DNA from: Pseudomonadota bacterium
GTDB lineage: Bacteria > Bdellovibrionota > UBA1018
Reading direction: 5' to 3'
Assembly: GCA_027485695.1 (NCBI GenBank)
Contig: JAIXQO010000002.1
Location: 602,006 to 666,005, forward strand
Length of the DNA stretch: 64,000 bases
Both the position numbers and the translations under genes were made by a program. Position 1 is the stretch's first letter. Each line of letters opens with the position of its first letter. This document shows, in pieces, positions 19,470-28,926 of this stretch. Under the pieces are notes generated by a model, which saw only the letters and a program-made list of their open reading frames with translations, was not told where the DNA came from and searched no databases.

Positions 19470-20555
19470 TTAGGCTCTTTTCAAACGGCCTTTTAGAAAT
19501 CGCCCTTGAAGAATCGCTACCAAAACGACCGCCCCTAGAAACGCGCCCAAACACGCTGGACCCGAAACCTGATGGATGATTCCCATACGGCTCAAGAACT
19601 CAGTCGACGCGTATATTCCTATCGATAATACTGAGCAGACTCCGCCCAGCCATTCTTGGCCGAATCCAAAACAGAATTCAGTGATCACCATCACCAGCGC
19701 AAAAGGAAAAACCCACCCGGCCAGGAGGGGCACTGAGATCCAACTGATCAAAGGCGTAACCGGGTTCACTCTCCCCTCCATCCACTCAAACGGCAGGCAT
19801 GTCAGCCAGGAGTAGAGACTCACCCGACCGTGCTCTCGCCATCCTCGCTCACCTCGTTCGTGCGCCAACTCTGATCCGCACCAGGCTCCGAGGAGTGCCG
19901 CCGCATAGTGGGCACCCCCAGATAGATTTCCGCGTCCGATCCAAATAAACTCTACCGCGAGAAAAAACAGGATCACGGCGATGCGGGAAAACTCGCCGCC
20001 ACTTCGACGGGCAAAACCTCGAAACAACATCAAAACCATCGGGCGAAAAAATCCCGGTTTCATTCCCACCAACATGGCCGCAAATAAGACGAGCGATGCG
20101 AATCCCAGCTCTCGGAAAAGTCGAGCCATCCACTCCGAACATCCAGAAGCTTGTGCAAGCAGCTTTAACAATCGGTCCCAGACGCCACGTACGCCCCACC
20201 AATGAATACCGGTGGAATGGGTCAAGTGAACCCACCCTCCCCAGCGTATCCAGGTAGAAGTCACATCTCCCGCGCGTTTCGAATTAAACAGCAACTCCTC
20301 CATCCATGAAGTCGGATCCACGCCCATCGAGCGCCATTTTTCTGTCCACTCCAAGCGGAACCACTCGATCTCACTGCGCGGGAAGGCTAGCCGCTCATCG
20401 ATCAACGCCATCCACTCTTCCCGGCGATAGCAAACCGGCTCACTCCATCCAACCGTCACTCTGGCAAAACAGTCTGGGAGTGTGAGAAAATCAGAGACAA
20501 CCCAGAACGACTGAAACGAATCCCAAAAAGTCATAAAGGATTCGCTTTCAATCAT
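19470..20555 (-). CDS. ComEC/Rec2-like membrane protein (divergent)
   Basis: GWVHLTHSTGIH resembles the ComEC G..HL.A.SG.H motif; multiple TM helices. Confidence 0.6.
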   Translation of the reverse strand: MIESESFMTFWDSFQSFWVVSDFLTLPDCFARVTVGWSEPVCYRREEWMALIDERLAFPRSEIEWFRLEWTEKWRSMGVDPTSWMEELLFNSKRAGDVTSTWIRWGGWVHLTHSTGIHWWGVRGVWDRLLKLLAQASGCSEWMARLFRELGFASLVLFAAMLVGMKPGFFRPMVLMLFRGFARRSGGEFSRIAVILFFLAVEFIWIGRGNLSGGAHYAAALLGAWCGSELAHERGERGWREHGRVSLYSWLTCLPFEWMEGRVNPVTPLISWISVPLLAGWVFPFALVMVITEFCFGFGQEWLGGVCSVLSIGIYASTEFLSRMGIIHQVSGPACLGAFLGAVVLVAILQGRFLKGRLKRA

Positions 20556-20598
20556 CAGGCCCTGCGGCTGAGGCAGCCGCTGACGAGGAGAAATTCGA

Positions 20599-21021
20599 TT
20601 GCGCGAGTGGCTGGTTCAGAACTTCTATTTGGTTTACGCCGGTGTTCCCATCTTTCTTGGGTTCCTTTTACTCAAGAAGTTCACCGACTCCGCGTCGAAC
20701 AGCAATTTCCGCAGAGATCCGCATGGGCGCTCGGAAACACATCAACCGTTTCGTGAACTCGACGCTCAACTCAAGGCACGTGAGCAAGAGCGCGCACGAG
20801 GTCCCGCCCTTCTGACCGGATTCCGTACCGATGCGCCTCCACACGAAATCCTCGGCGTGAACCCAAACGCATCCGCTACCGAGATTCAACGCGCCTACAA
20901 AACTATGATGAAACGGTACCACCCGGATCTCATGGGCCCCCCCGGCAGCCAACCGTGGAAAGACGCGCAGGCGATCGCCGAGGCCATCAACCGCGCACGC
21001 GACGTCCTCCTCAAAAAATAG
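20599..21021 (+). CDS. membrane-anchored J-domain (DnaJ-like) protein
   Basis: N-terminal TM; PHEILGV...EIQRAY..MMKRYHPD; INRA. Confidence 0.88.
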   Translation: MREWLVQNFYLVYAGVPIFLGFLLLKKFTDSASNSNFRRDPHGRSETHQPFRELDAQLKAREQERARGPALLTGFRTDAPPHEILGVNPNASATEIQRAYKTMMKRYHPDLMGPPGSQPWKDAQAIAEAINRARDVLLKK

Positions 21022-21193
21022 GCAGGATTGCCTATTTTCACGCGGTACGCGCCCAAAGGGCGGAGGTCCAGGATGGACCGAGGTAAAAAATTACGCTCAT
21101 CCGAAAAACCGCTCACCCCAAAGAAAACGCGACGCCCTAAAGGGCTGAATCGCGAGTATTTCTGGCATTTTTTTCGCTATCACTGGTCCGACT

Positions 21194-22666
21194 ATGCCAA
21201 TCACCATTCAAAGCATCGGTCGCGCCACCCGAAAAAACGAACGCATCTCCATCGAATCCGGATCGATCCTGGGTCTACCATCGATTTTTGTCAGCGGCGC
21301 GGAAACCCGTCATGCCGTGCACCTGAGGGAACTCTTCATCAGTGCATTTCGCGCACAGAGCCTCAAGCTTCCGCGTAAGAAACTCCAATTTATCCTCCAT
21401 CCTGAACCTTCCGACTTTGATCTCGCGAATTGGGCGGTCCCGCTTGCGCTTCAAATTCTCATCGATCAAAGGGAAACAAAAACTCCCGTGAACTGCTGGT
21501 CGATCGGCGGTCTCTCCCTTCAAGGAGAACTCCTCTCTTGCTCGCATACTCCGCAATTGATCGCGCAATCCCTCCGCGAGCCGGGGCGAGCGTTAGTATT
21601 GCCGAGAGCCGATGAAACCATCGCAAGAATGACATTCAGAGCACTCAAACCCACGCAAACCCCGCTCCTCTATTTCGCATCAAACCTGAGAGATCTACAG
21701 GCGTGGGCATACGGAAATCTGAGCCCCGTAGAGTGGGATCAGTGGATTCAGCTCGGCGACCAGAGCACTGAAATACTGAGCCTACCGAACGTCACGCTTC
21801 ACCGAACGCTCGCTCAGTCACTGAGGCTCTCACTTGGAGCACATCTCTCACTGTTCTTGTTCGGTGCTCGCGGCCAAGGCAAATCATTTCCGCTCGAATG
21901 GATCGAGGCGCTGCTTGAAAAACCGCGTCCGGAGGTCCGAGCCGAACTTCTCATTCGAGGGCTCTCCGATCAAACGCCGCTTGTTCGCATCCCCACTCAA
22001 GCGCGTCCTCAGGACTTGATCGGAAAAAATGCCGATGGACTACTCCATCAAGCGCACCGAGGCGTACTCGTCGCTGACGAGTGGGCGGAATGGTCCAAGT
22101 CCGCGCTGGAAACACTTCGTGAACCGCTGGAGCGCGGTAAGATTTCGAGTTCACACTCGCAGGGCTCGTTCGAGGAACCGGCCAGGTTCTTGTTCATCGC
22201 GACCTCTAACGAGTGTCGATGTGGTGGTGTTCGCCGCGAACGGACCCGCTCCGGCGAATCCGGTTGTGTCTGCGGATCGGTCGAAGTGCTGCGCTATCAA
22301 AAGCGAATCCCAAGCCCCATCTTGGATCGCATCCCCCTCCTCATCCCGTTTCGAGACGACGGGAAACGAGAGACCTCGCTCTCCAGTCTCCGCGACCAAA
22401 TCGAATCCGACCGTTCGCACGCGCTTTGTCACTGGGGTCAGGCGCCCGGTAAAATGAATGCACTTGAACTCGAGGAACGTTGGGAACCCAAGTTCCGGTC
22501 CGAACTCCGAAAGAATGCCTGGCCGAGCCTGAGGCGGAAACATCAAGCGATTCGAATCGCCTTTGCCCTAGCAGCGCAGGATCAATGTCCGCAACCCACC
22601 GACCACCATTTCGAAAAAGCGGTCCAGCTGCAGGAGCTACGGTCTGAGTGGATTGGAGGGGCGTAG
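21194..22666 (+). CDS. YifB/ComM-like Mg-chelatase-family AAA+ protein (divergent)
   Basis: GLPS, DFDL, GGLSLQG Lon-like N-domain; GARGQGKS; AHRGVLVADE; LREPLE; SN.C.CG; P.LDRI. Confidence 0.75.
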   Translation: MPITIQSIGRATRKNERISIESGSILGLPSIFVSGAETRHAVHLRELFISAFRAQSLKLPRKKLQFILHPEPSDFDLANWAVPLALQILIDQRETKTPVNCWSIGGLSLQGELLSCSHTPQLIAQSLREPGRALVLPRADETIARMTFRALKPTQTPLLYFASNLRDLQAWAYGNLSPVEWDQWIQLGDQSTEILSLPNVTLHRTLAQSLRLSLGAHLSLFLFGARGQGKSFPLEWIEALLEKPRPEVRAELLIRGLSDQTPLVRIPTQARPQDLIGKNADGLLHQAHRGVLVADEWAEWSKSALETLREPLERGKISSSHSQGSFEEPARFLFIATSNECRCGGVRRERTRSGESGCVCGSVEVLRYQKRIPSPILDRIPLLIPFRDDGKRETSLSSLRDQIESDRSHALCHWGQAPGKMNALELEERWEPKFRSELRKNAWPSLRRKHQAIRIAFALAAQDQCPQPTDHHFEKAVQLQELRSEWIGGA

Positions 22667-22723
22667 GAAACAAAAATATCGCCTGACCCGCTCCGCCCAT
22701 CGTGATAAAAACAGACCACAACT

Positions 22724-23602
22724 ATGGTCAGAGTTTTCGATCGAAGCCGAAATGAATGGTTCTCGGAAAAAGTCTTGGGCGGCAAGCTCATCGCGGCAGC
22801 GTATGAAAACCCGCTTTTTGCCTACGTCCGAGAAAAAATCCTGACCCGCGCTACCATCAGCCGGCTTTATGGCAAGTGGATGGACTTGGGCTTAAGTGCT
22901 CGCTCTATCCCGGGTTTCATCCGCGATTTTTCCATACCGATGCGAGAATTCGAGAACATCGACTACCCGACCTTTAACGACTTTTTTATCCGGAAATTCG
23001 TTCCGGGTGCGCGCTCGTTTCCAGACGGCTCGAACAAAATGGGTGCGTTCGCCGAAGGACGCTACTTCGTGTTTGATTCGATCAGCGGCGAGTTCGACCT
23101 TCCGATCAAAGGCGCCACGATCCGCCTCAAAGATCTCCTGGCTGATGACGAAGAGGCCAAGCGGTTCGAGGGCGGGACACTTTTTCTCGCTCGCCTCTGC
23201 CCAGTCGATTACCACCGTTTTCATTTCCCAGACAACGGCAAGACCCTCAAGGAATGGACCTGCTCCGGACCGCTCGAGTCCGTGCACCCGATTGCCATTT
23301 CCAAAAAAGGCGATTTGTTGTTCACGAATGAACGCAGCGTCTCGATCTTGGAGACACAGAATTTCGGCCGCCTTGCCTACATCGAAGTCGGTGCTCTGTT
23401 TGTCGGCCGCATTCAACAAACTCACTCTAAATCGGAGCCGTTCAAACGCGGCAGCGAAAAAGGCTATTTTCAGTTCGGCGGATCGACGGTCATCCTGATC
23501 GCCGAAAAAGGAAAACTCCACGCCTCGGCCGATCTCCTCACGCGCACGCGAGAAGGTTTTGAATCGCTCGTTCGCCTGGGCGAAGAAATCGGCACCAGCT
23601 GA
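22724..23602 (+). CDS. psd: phosphatidylserine decarboxylase proenzyme
   Basis: FNDFFIR, RLCPVDYHRFHFP, NER, VGALFVG, GYFQFGGSTV cleavage motif. Confidence 0.93.
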   Translation: MVRVFDRSRNEWFSEKVLGGKLIAAAYENPLFAYVREKILTRATISRLYGKWMDLGLSARSIPGFIRDFSIPMREFENIDYPTFNDFFIRKFVPGARSFPDGSNKMGAFAEGRYFVFDSISGEFDLPIKGATIRLKDLLADDEEAKRFEGGTLFLARLCPVDYHRFHFPDNGKTLKEWTCSGPLESVHPIAISKKGDLLFTNERSVSILETQNFGRLAYIEVGALFVGRIQQTHSKSEPFKRGSEKGYFQFGGSTVILIAEKGKLHASADLLTRTREGFESLVRLGEEIGTS

Positions 23603-23747
23603 TCGCGCCTTTTTAGGTGTCACTTCGACCTCTCTGGACAATTCGACTCCTCGGGTCTCTCAATCATTACACTTCGTGTCGATAAGAGAGCCGCTTTATA
23701 TGCGGCTTCGCAGTCCTTTTGCGCTTGACGCGTGGCAAGAAAATTCT

Positions 23748-23763
23748 TGGCATATTTCGAGCT
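23748..23763 (+). promoter_or_regulatory. putative sigma54 promoter
   Basis: TGGCATATTTCGAGCT = GG-N10-GC, about 100 nt upstream of the Cys-rich gene pair. Confidence 0.45.
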
Positions 23764-23864
23764 TATCTCCCAAACCATCGAGGGCGCCTCGTCCCCGTTT
23801 TTTACACCCAGGCGCTTGAGACAGTTCGAGACCAACGGATTTTTCCACAATAGGAGATGAATCA

Positions 23865-24548
23865 ATGTCGAGAAGAAATCACCGAATGATCTGGGGAGCG
23901 TTAGCGGGACTCATGTTAATCATCGGAGGTATAACCACCGAAGTCGAAGCCGCGCCCTATATGACGCGAGCTCGATGTTTCGCGGCCGGAAGCGCCGGCA
24001 ACATGGGGCGAACCATGGGAGCTAGAAACGCCGCTCGCATTGTGAATGCGGTGTGGGCCAGGCTCGGAAACGTGTGTACCCAAGTCGACCGTCTCGCACA
24101 GATCATCAGCGAGACCCCACTCGCCCGTCCGGCTACGGGAGGCGAATTCGCGGCCTGTTTCTATCTCGGTTACACAGAGCAAATTTATGACAGCGTCGAC
24201 GCGATCTACGACCGTTGCGGAACGGCTTGCTTCAGCGCCGGTACGGCGATCGGAAAAATCTCGGCGCAAGGTTACTGCGCGGCAAGCCTCGCCGTCGGTG
24301 GCCTTCTTGACCCAGGATTCATTTCACAGCCTCCGCTTCCTTTCTGCGGCAGCTCTCTGGTGATGGGTTGCAAAGCCGAGTACGTGTACACGGCAACGGT
24401 CGGATTCCCTGGATGTGCGGCCTACACCGAAGGCTGGTTTTCCGAGACGTTTGACAACACTGTTCGCCAAGACTGCTACGTCCCATCCGATGTACCGATC
24501 CGCGACGGTTTCCTCCGACTCGGCGACCAAGTGTATTCGGTGCTCTAA
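23865..24548 (+). CDS. secreted Cys-rich hypothetical protein A
   Basis: SD AGGAG; signal peptide ending VEA-A; about 10 Cys. Confidence 0.75.
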   Translation: MSRRNHRMIWGALAGLMLIIGGITTEVEAAPYMTRARCFAAGSAGNMGRTMGARNAARIVNAVWARLGNVCTQVDRLAQIISETPLARPATGGEFAACFYLGYTEQIYDSVDAIYDRCGTACFSAGTAIGKISAQGYCAASLAVGGLLDPGFISQPPLPFCGSSLVMGCKAEYVYTATVGFPGCAAYTEGWFSETFDNTVRQDCYVPSDVPIRDGFLRLGDQVYSVL

Positions 24549-24563
24549 CCCACCTCAGGAAAA

Positions 24564-25289
24564 ATGGAGAACCCCCCTATGAAAAGCACGAAGACCTGCC
24601 ACCGAATTGCTGTCATCCTGCTCGGAACCTTGGCGATGACCAGCGCGAACGCCATGGGAAAGAAAGCCCCCACTCCTGACCCCGAAGTCCCCGCACCCCC
24701 CGTCGTCGTCGTGCCACCGCCTGTGGTAACGCCGCCAGCGCCTCCAGTCGTCGTAACTCCCCCATCGCAAAGCGGCTCCGTGCGCTATCGCGAAGGTTAC
24801 GAAATGGGCGAGCGCAACGGGATCCTCATTTCCCAGCGAATCTACGATCGTACGATTGCGGTCGGAGGTTGCGCAGATCTCGATGCCTACCAGGACGCAC
24901 TTCTCCGCGTGAATCGCGCGGTGAAACCACCGGCCTTGGGCGCGGGATCTGAGACTGAACTTGTTCGCGGATTTTTCAAAGGCTACCTCGACTCGCTTCG
25001 CAAGGCGATCGAGGGCTCTAGAAACGGATGCGGACGCAAAGCGTTCACCAGCGGCTCTTATGCAGGATCTTTCTACGGATCGCTCCTTTGTCAGATGACC
25101 GCTCAAACCGAAGACGTCGTTTCTCAACTCGAGGTGGTTCACCTCTATGACGACTGGACTGGAGGGGTCGTTGATCATTCTCGTGAATGCGTCACTCAAG
25201 CTGTGAATGAAATGTCCGCCTGCGGTTTTACCGCCGCTACCTTGCCGGGAGCCTACCTCTCGAGCCTGGAATCGGGGTGCCACGACTAA
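24564..25289 (+). CDS. secreted Cys-rich hypothetical protein B with Pro/Val-rich linker; paralog of A
   Basis: Signal peptide ending ANA-M; PPVVVVPPPVVTPP linker; shares G.RN, C..(V/L)D, F..GY, CG...F..G motifs with A. Confidence 0.75.
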   Translation: MENPPMKSTKTCHRIAVILLGTLAMTSANAMGKKAPTPDPEVPAPPVVVVPPPVVTPPAPPVVVTPPSQSGSVRYREGYEMGERNGILISQRIYDRTIAVGGCADLDAYQDALLRVNRAVKPPALGAGSETELVRGFFKGYLDSLRKAIEGSRNGCGRKAFTSGSYAGSFYGSLLCQMTAQTEDVVSQLEVVHLYDDWTGGVVDHSRECVTQAVNEMSACGFTAATLPGAYLSSLESGCHD

Positions 25290-25368
25290 AGGGGTGACGT
25301 ACTGAGACGATTTCTCATGACACGGAAAGCATTTCTCAAGACGACGCGGAACCGCTAATCTTTGAGAG

Positions 25369-25989
25369 ATGCTTTCCGCACTTCTGACCGCAGCTCTCGC
25401 TTTCCCTCTCACGCTTGAGATCGCGCTCTTTTTGACCGGTCTTCTTCACCTGATCCGGTCCATTCTCTCTTTCTTTGCCCAACCGGCGGGCGAAATTTCC
25501 TTAGCAGATCTCGGTCTCGCCGCCCTCGCAGCACTCCTCGGTGCGGGAATCCTGGCATTCTTAGTTCCCATGCCGCTCCTCACGCTCTATCCATTTGCGG
25601 GAAAAATATTTGCCATGAAGGCGCTCTCAGTCCTCGTGGGTTCTCTTTGGATCGTTCGGACATCGGTAGCCTTGAGTAGCGTAAGAGAACCGCAAAACGA
25701 GACTTTGAGAGCGTTTCTAACGGGCGCGGGCGCCGGGCTGCATTCGAAAACTCCACTTATTTCGGTCGTCGTTGATGGCGTAAGACTCGCCGTCTATTCC
25801 ACTTGGGCGCTGCAAGCGAATCCGATGGAAGTTCGCGGGACCGGGCTTGCGCTCATCGCAGTGGCCATCGGAGTGTCATTGGCCGGTGGAGTATTCAGTC
25901 ACCGTTACGCGACGAATTTGCGCAGAATCGAAGCACTCTGTTTGTTCGCAGTTTCAATCGCGATCGTGCTTGGATGGACGGATCGGTAG
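25369..25989 (+). CDS. hypothetical integral membrane protein
   Basis: Highly hydrophobic, about 6 TM segments. Confidence 0.6.
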   Translation: MLSALLTAALAFPLTLEIALFLTGLLHLIRSILSFFAQPAGEISLADLGLAALAALLGAGILAFLVPMPLLTLYPFAGKIFAMKALSVLVGSLWIVRTSVALSSVREPQNETLRAFLTGAGAGLHSKTPLISVVVDGVRLAVYSTWALQANPMEVRGTGLALIAVAIGVSLAGGVFSHRYATNLRRIEALCLFAVSIAIVLGWTDR

Positions 25990-25991
25990 AT

Positions 25992-26714
25992 CTATCCAAC
26001 CCGCGCCCAATCGATCGGCGTCTTGCCTTGGCTCGCTAAGAACTCATTCACGCGCGAAAACGGCTTAGAACCGAAAAATCCGCGATGCGCCGAGAGTGGC
26101 GACGGATGAGGCGACTCCACGCGGAAATGTTGAGGCCCAATGAGAGAACGCTTGGACTGAGCGGCCGCGCCCCAGAGAATAAACGCCATCGGCTCGGGTC
26201 GAGCGCCGAGTTTTTCGATCACGCGGTTTGTGAACGTTTCCCAACCTTGATCACGATGTGAGAACGCTTCGCCGGCTCTGACCGTGAGGACTGCATTCAA
26301 GAGAAACACCCCTTGGGAAACCCAGCCACCGAGCTCGGACGCCTCAGGCGCGGGCGTGGCGCCGATATCAGCACGAAGCTCTTTTAAAATATTCTGAAGG
26401 CTCGGAGGTTTCGGAAACAGCGTATTCGGAACCGCGAATGATCGACCGATCGCTTGATTGGCTCCGTGATATGGATCTTGACCGATGATGACGACCTTCA
26501 CGTCGTCGAAATCGATTTCTTGAAAGGCGCGAAAGATGTTTTCACGCGTCGGATATACTGCCGCGCCCCGCGCGTATTCCCGTCGCATGAACTCCATCAG
26601 GGATTTGAAATAGGGCTCGTCGACCTCGCCTTTGAGACGTTCTCGCCAACCCGGTTGCAAATGATCCGGAAACTTCTTGGAGTGAGTGTCAGTTCTGTTT
26701 TCGATCGATTCCAT
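25992..26714 (-). CDS. ung: uracil-DNA glycosylase
   Basis: GQDPYH, PPSLQNI, QGVFLLN.VLTV, HPSPLSAHRGFFG. Confidence 0.97.
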   Translation of the reverse strand: MESIENRTDTHSKKFPDHLQPGWRERLKGEVDEPYFKSLMEFMRREYARGAAVYPTRENIFRAFQEIDFDDVKVVIIGQDPYHGANQAIGRSFAVPNTLFPKPPSLQNILKELRADIGATPAPEASELGGWVSQGVFLLNAVLTVRAGEAFSHRDQGWETFTNRVIEKLGARPEPMAFILWGAAAQSKRSLIGPQHFRVESPHPSPLSAHRGFFGSKPFSRVNEFLASQGKTPIDWARVG

Positions 26715-26751
26715 GGTTCATCCCTTTTTTGAGAAGGGCCACGAAGACCCA

Positions 26752-26789
26752 AAATAAAAAAAACTCCGGTTCCCTTGCGAGAACCGGAG
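26752..26789 (-). terminator. intrinsic terminator
   Basis: CTCCGGTTC/GAACCGGAG stem followed on the minus strand by a long T run, just after the 26819 stop. Confidence 0.7.
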
Positions 26790-26818
26790 CTTAACCGAAT
26801 CTTGAAATGATTCAAATC

Positions 26819-27289
26819 TTACTGAAGAAACTCAGGGCTGAACGTGCAATTCAACGAAAAGGTCGATGGAGCGCCGTCACACATATCGCGTTTGTAGACT
26901 GCGAAGCTTTTCGCGGTTTCCATCACGAGCGCGCGGTACACACCGTACTCAGGGAGGCGAACGACGCCTGGCACATCCAAGAAATCAGAATAACCGTAAA
27001 TGGATCCTTCGGATTGCATTGGGTCCACTGGAGTGAGAAGTTTTTCGAAATCCGCGCAAGGACGGCCTTCGGTGAACGTGATGAAACCCCTGTAGTCATA
27101 GGTCGTCAGAGTGCAACGGCCTTTGAGGTCGACGTCTTTGAAGTCAGCCGTACGGTAACTCGTGATTTCGATCGTACGAAGGTCGCTGTAAGGAGCTCCG
27201 GTACAAGTCAAAATACGAGCTGCCTCGCGTGCGTATGCGCCAGAAACTGCAACACTACCTACCAACAGAGCGAACACTGCCTTGATCAT
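26819..27289 (-). CDS. secreted hypothetical protein
   Basis: Signal peptide ending AYA-R; own promoter and terminator. Confidence 0.7.
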   Translation of the reverse strand: MIKAVFALLVGSVAVSGAYAREAARILTCTGAPYSDLRTIEITSYRTADFKDVDLKGRCTLTTYDYRGFITFTEGRPCADFEKLLTPVDPMQSEGSIYGYSDFLDVPGVVRLPEYGVYRALVMETAKSFAVYKRDMCDGAPSTFSLNCTFSPEFLQ

Positions 27290-27335
27290 GGGAAGTCCTT
27301 TCGATGTAAAACTTGGATCCGCTTCTACTCAGCGC

Positions 27336-27350
27336 GCAACCAAAGTGCCA
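27336..27350 (-). promoter_or_regulatory. sigma54 promoter
   Basis: Minus strand TGGCACTTTGGTTGC matches TGGCAC-N5-TTGC exactly, about 46 nt before the ATG. Confidence 0.7.
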
Positions 27351-27427
27351 GCGAAAAAAAACATCCCCATTAAATCCAAAAGAAACATCGATATGACGCA
27401 AACAGTCATATTCCAGTATCGCTGAAT

Positions 27428-28048
27428 TCAGCGAATCCAATCGTAATTGAAACTCACGCTGATCCGGTCCTGCGAGGAACGGTTCGGCGTTACCTCATGT
27501 TTCAAGAAACTTTCGAACAGGAGCAATTCACCTGGTTCAGGCTGGATATCAAGGTATCGGCGGTTGTCCCGTTTGGCGGACAACGTGCGTGGCGGCGTGT
27601 TCATAAACGACTGAATACGTGGATCCTCAATCTTAAACGCGCCCGATCCCGGGGGCGTTTGCAGGTAGAACGTGCCACTGATGACCGAGAGCGGATGCAG
27701 GTGGTAGGCGTGGTAGCAGTGCTTGCCCATGATGTTAATCCAGCAGGTCGCCATCTCGAGTTTGCCGTCTGGGAGTTCAATCTCGAGCGCACGAACATAT
27801 TTTTTTACCTCACCATCGATCCATTTTTTCAGGCGCGCAAATTCACTCGAACGAAAAGGTAAATCTGTCACGCTCGAGTACGAAGTGTAACCACCCTCAT
27901 AATTTTGCTTCGACCATTTTTTTCCAGGCGAATCGATCTCTCGAAACGCATAGGACTCCCTTACCAATCTCTCTACGAGTTGCTTGGCCATCGCGCGAGT
28001 CGGCTTGGAACGATAGATCGTCGTTGGAAAAAGTTTTTCAAGTGCCAT
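27428..28048 (-). CDS. TIGR02466-like putative 2OG-Fe(II) oxygenase
   Basis: LFPT.IY, W.N, H..H.HP.S.ISG.FY, DPR, LF.S.L.H.V, RIS.SFN. Confidence 0.8.
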   Translation of the reverse strand: MALEKLFPTTIYRSKPTRAMAKQLVERLVRESYAFREIDSPGKKWSKQNYEGGYTSYSSVTDLPFRSSEFARLKKWIDGEVKKYVRALEIELPDGKLEMATCWINIMGKHCYHAYHLHPLSVISGTFYLQTPPGSGAFKIEDPRIQSFMNTPPRTLSAKRDNRRYLDIQPEPGELLLFESFLKHEVTPNRSSQDRISVSFNYDWIR

Positions 28049-28059
28049 GAGAGAATCCT

Positions 28060-28926
28060 TTAGTTTGCCTTCTGCCGAGAAAGTAAGAAAATAGCGCCGA
28101 CCACCAAACAAGCTCCCACCACCATCGCAACCGAGATGGTCTCACCGAGAAACACCGCTCCCCAGATCATCCCGAAAACCGGCATGAGAAACGTCACCAT
28201 GAGCGCCTTGGCGGGACCGACCGATTTCACGAGCCCATAATAGAGCACGTACGCCAGTGCACTGCAGACGAGCGATAGCACAAGGAGTGGCACTAACCAA
28301 CTCGCGGAGATCTGCTCGGGAATCGAACCCGTGTAAAAGGCGATCGGCATAAGGAGAACCGCAGCCGAAAGCTGGCTCGCTGCGGAGAGTGCGAACGGTG
28401 CGAGTTTTCCTCCTCGTTTTTTCAGATAGGTACCGGAGCAGGCGTAGAAAAACGCAGCACAAAGACAAGCACCCACGCCTAACCATCCCTCGTGACTGAA
28501 ATGAGGGCTACCTTTCCAAGCAACCAGCATCACACCACCCCAGCCCACGAGTAGTCCCAACAATTTTATCCGCGTCCATTTCTCACCCAAGAACACCCAC
28601 GCGAGGAGAGCCCCAAACAGAGGCGCGCTGGAATTCAGGATCACCGAGATGGAGGCCGGAATGTGCAGAGAAGCATAGGCATAGAGACAAAACGGAATAC
28701 CCGTGCCGATAGCGCCGATGAAAAAATAGTCCCAACCATGTTCCCGAAAACGGAGCTTCTCACCTCGCATTGCTACATAGATCCAAAGCACAACACCACC
28801 CAACAAAACCCTGCAAAACGTCGTTGGGAATGGGCCGAGTACTGGAACGACCATTCTCATGAACAAGAACGAACTACTCCAGATCATCGCGAGCAAGAAT
28901 AGTTTCAGCAGATTTGGGGTACTCAT
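28060..28926 (-). CDS. DMT/EamA family transporter
   Basis: IWSSSFLF, about 10 TMs, two EamA repeats, FLGE motifs. Confidence 0.9.
   Translation of the reverse strand: MSTPNLLKLFLLAMIWSSSFLFMRMVVPVLGPFPTTFCRVLLGGVVLWIYVAMRGEKLRFREHGWDYFFIGAIGTGIPFCLYAYASLHIPASISVILNSSAPLFGALLAWVFLGEKWTRIKLLGLLVGWGGVMLVAWKGSPHFSHEGWLGVGACLCAAFFYACSGTYLKKRGGKLAPFALSAASQLSAAVLLMPIAFYTGSIPEQISASWLVPLLVLSLVCSALAYVLYYGLVKSVGPAKALMVTFLMPVFGMIWGAVFLGETISVAMVVGACLVVGAIFLLSRQKAN

Noticed and set aside
24670-24765. Repetitive CCx/GTC tract as a DNA repeat
   Set aside because: It simply encodes the Pro/Val linker of Cys-rich protein B
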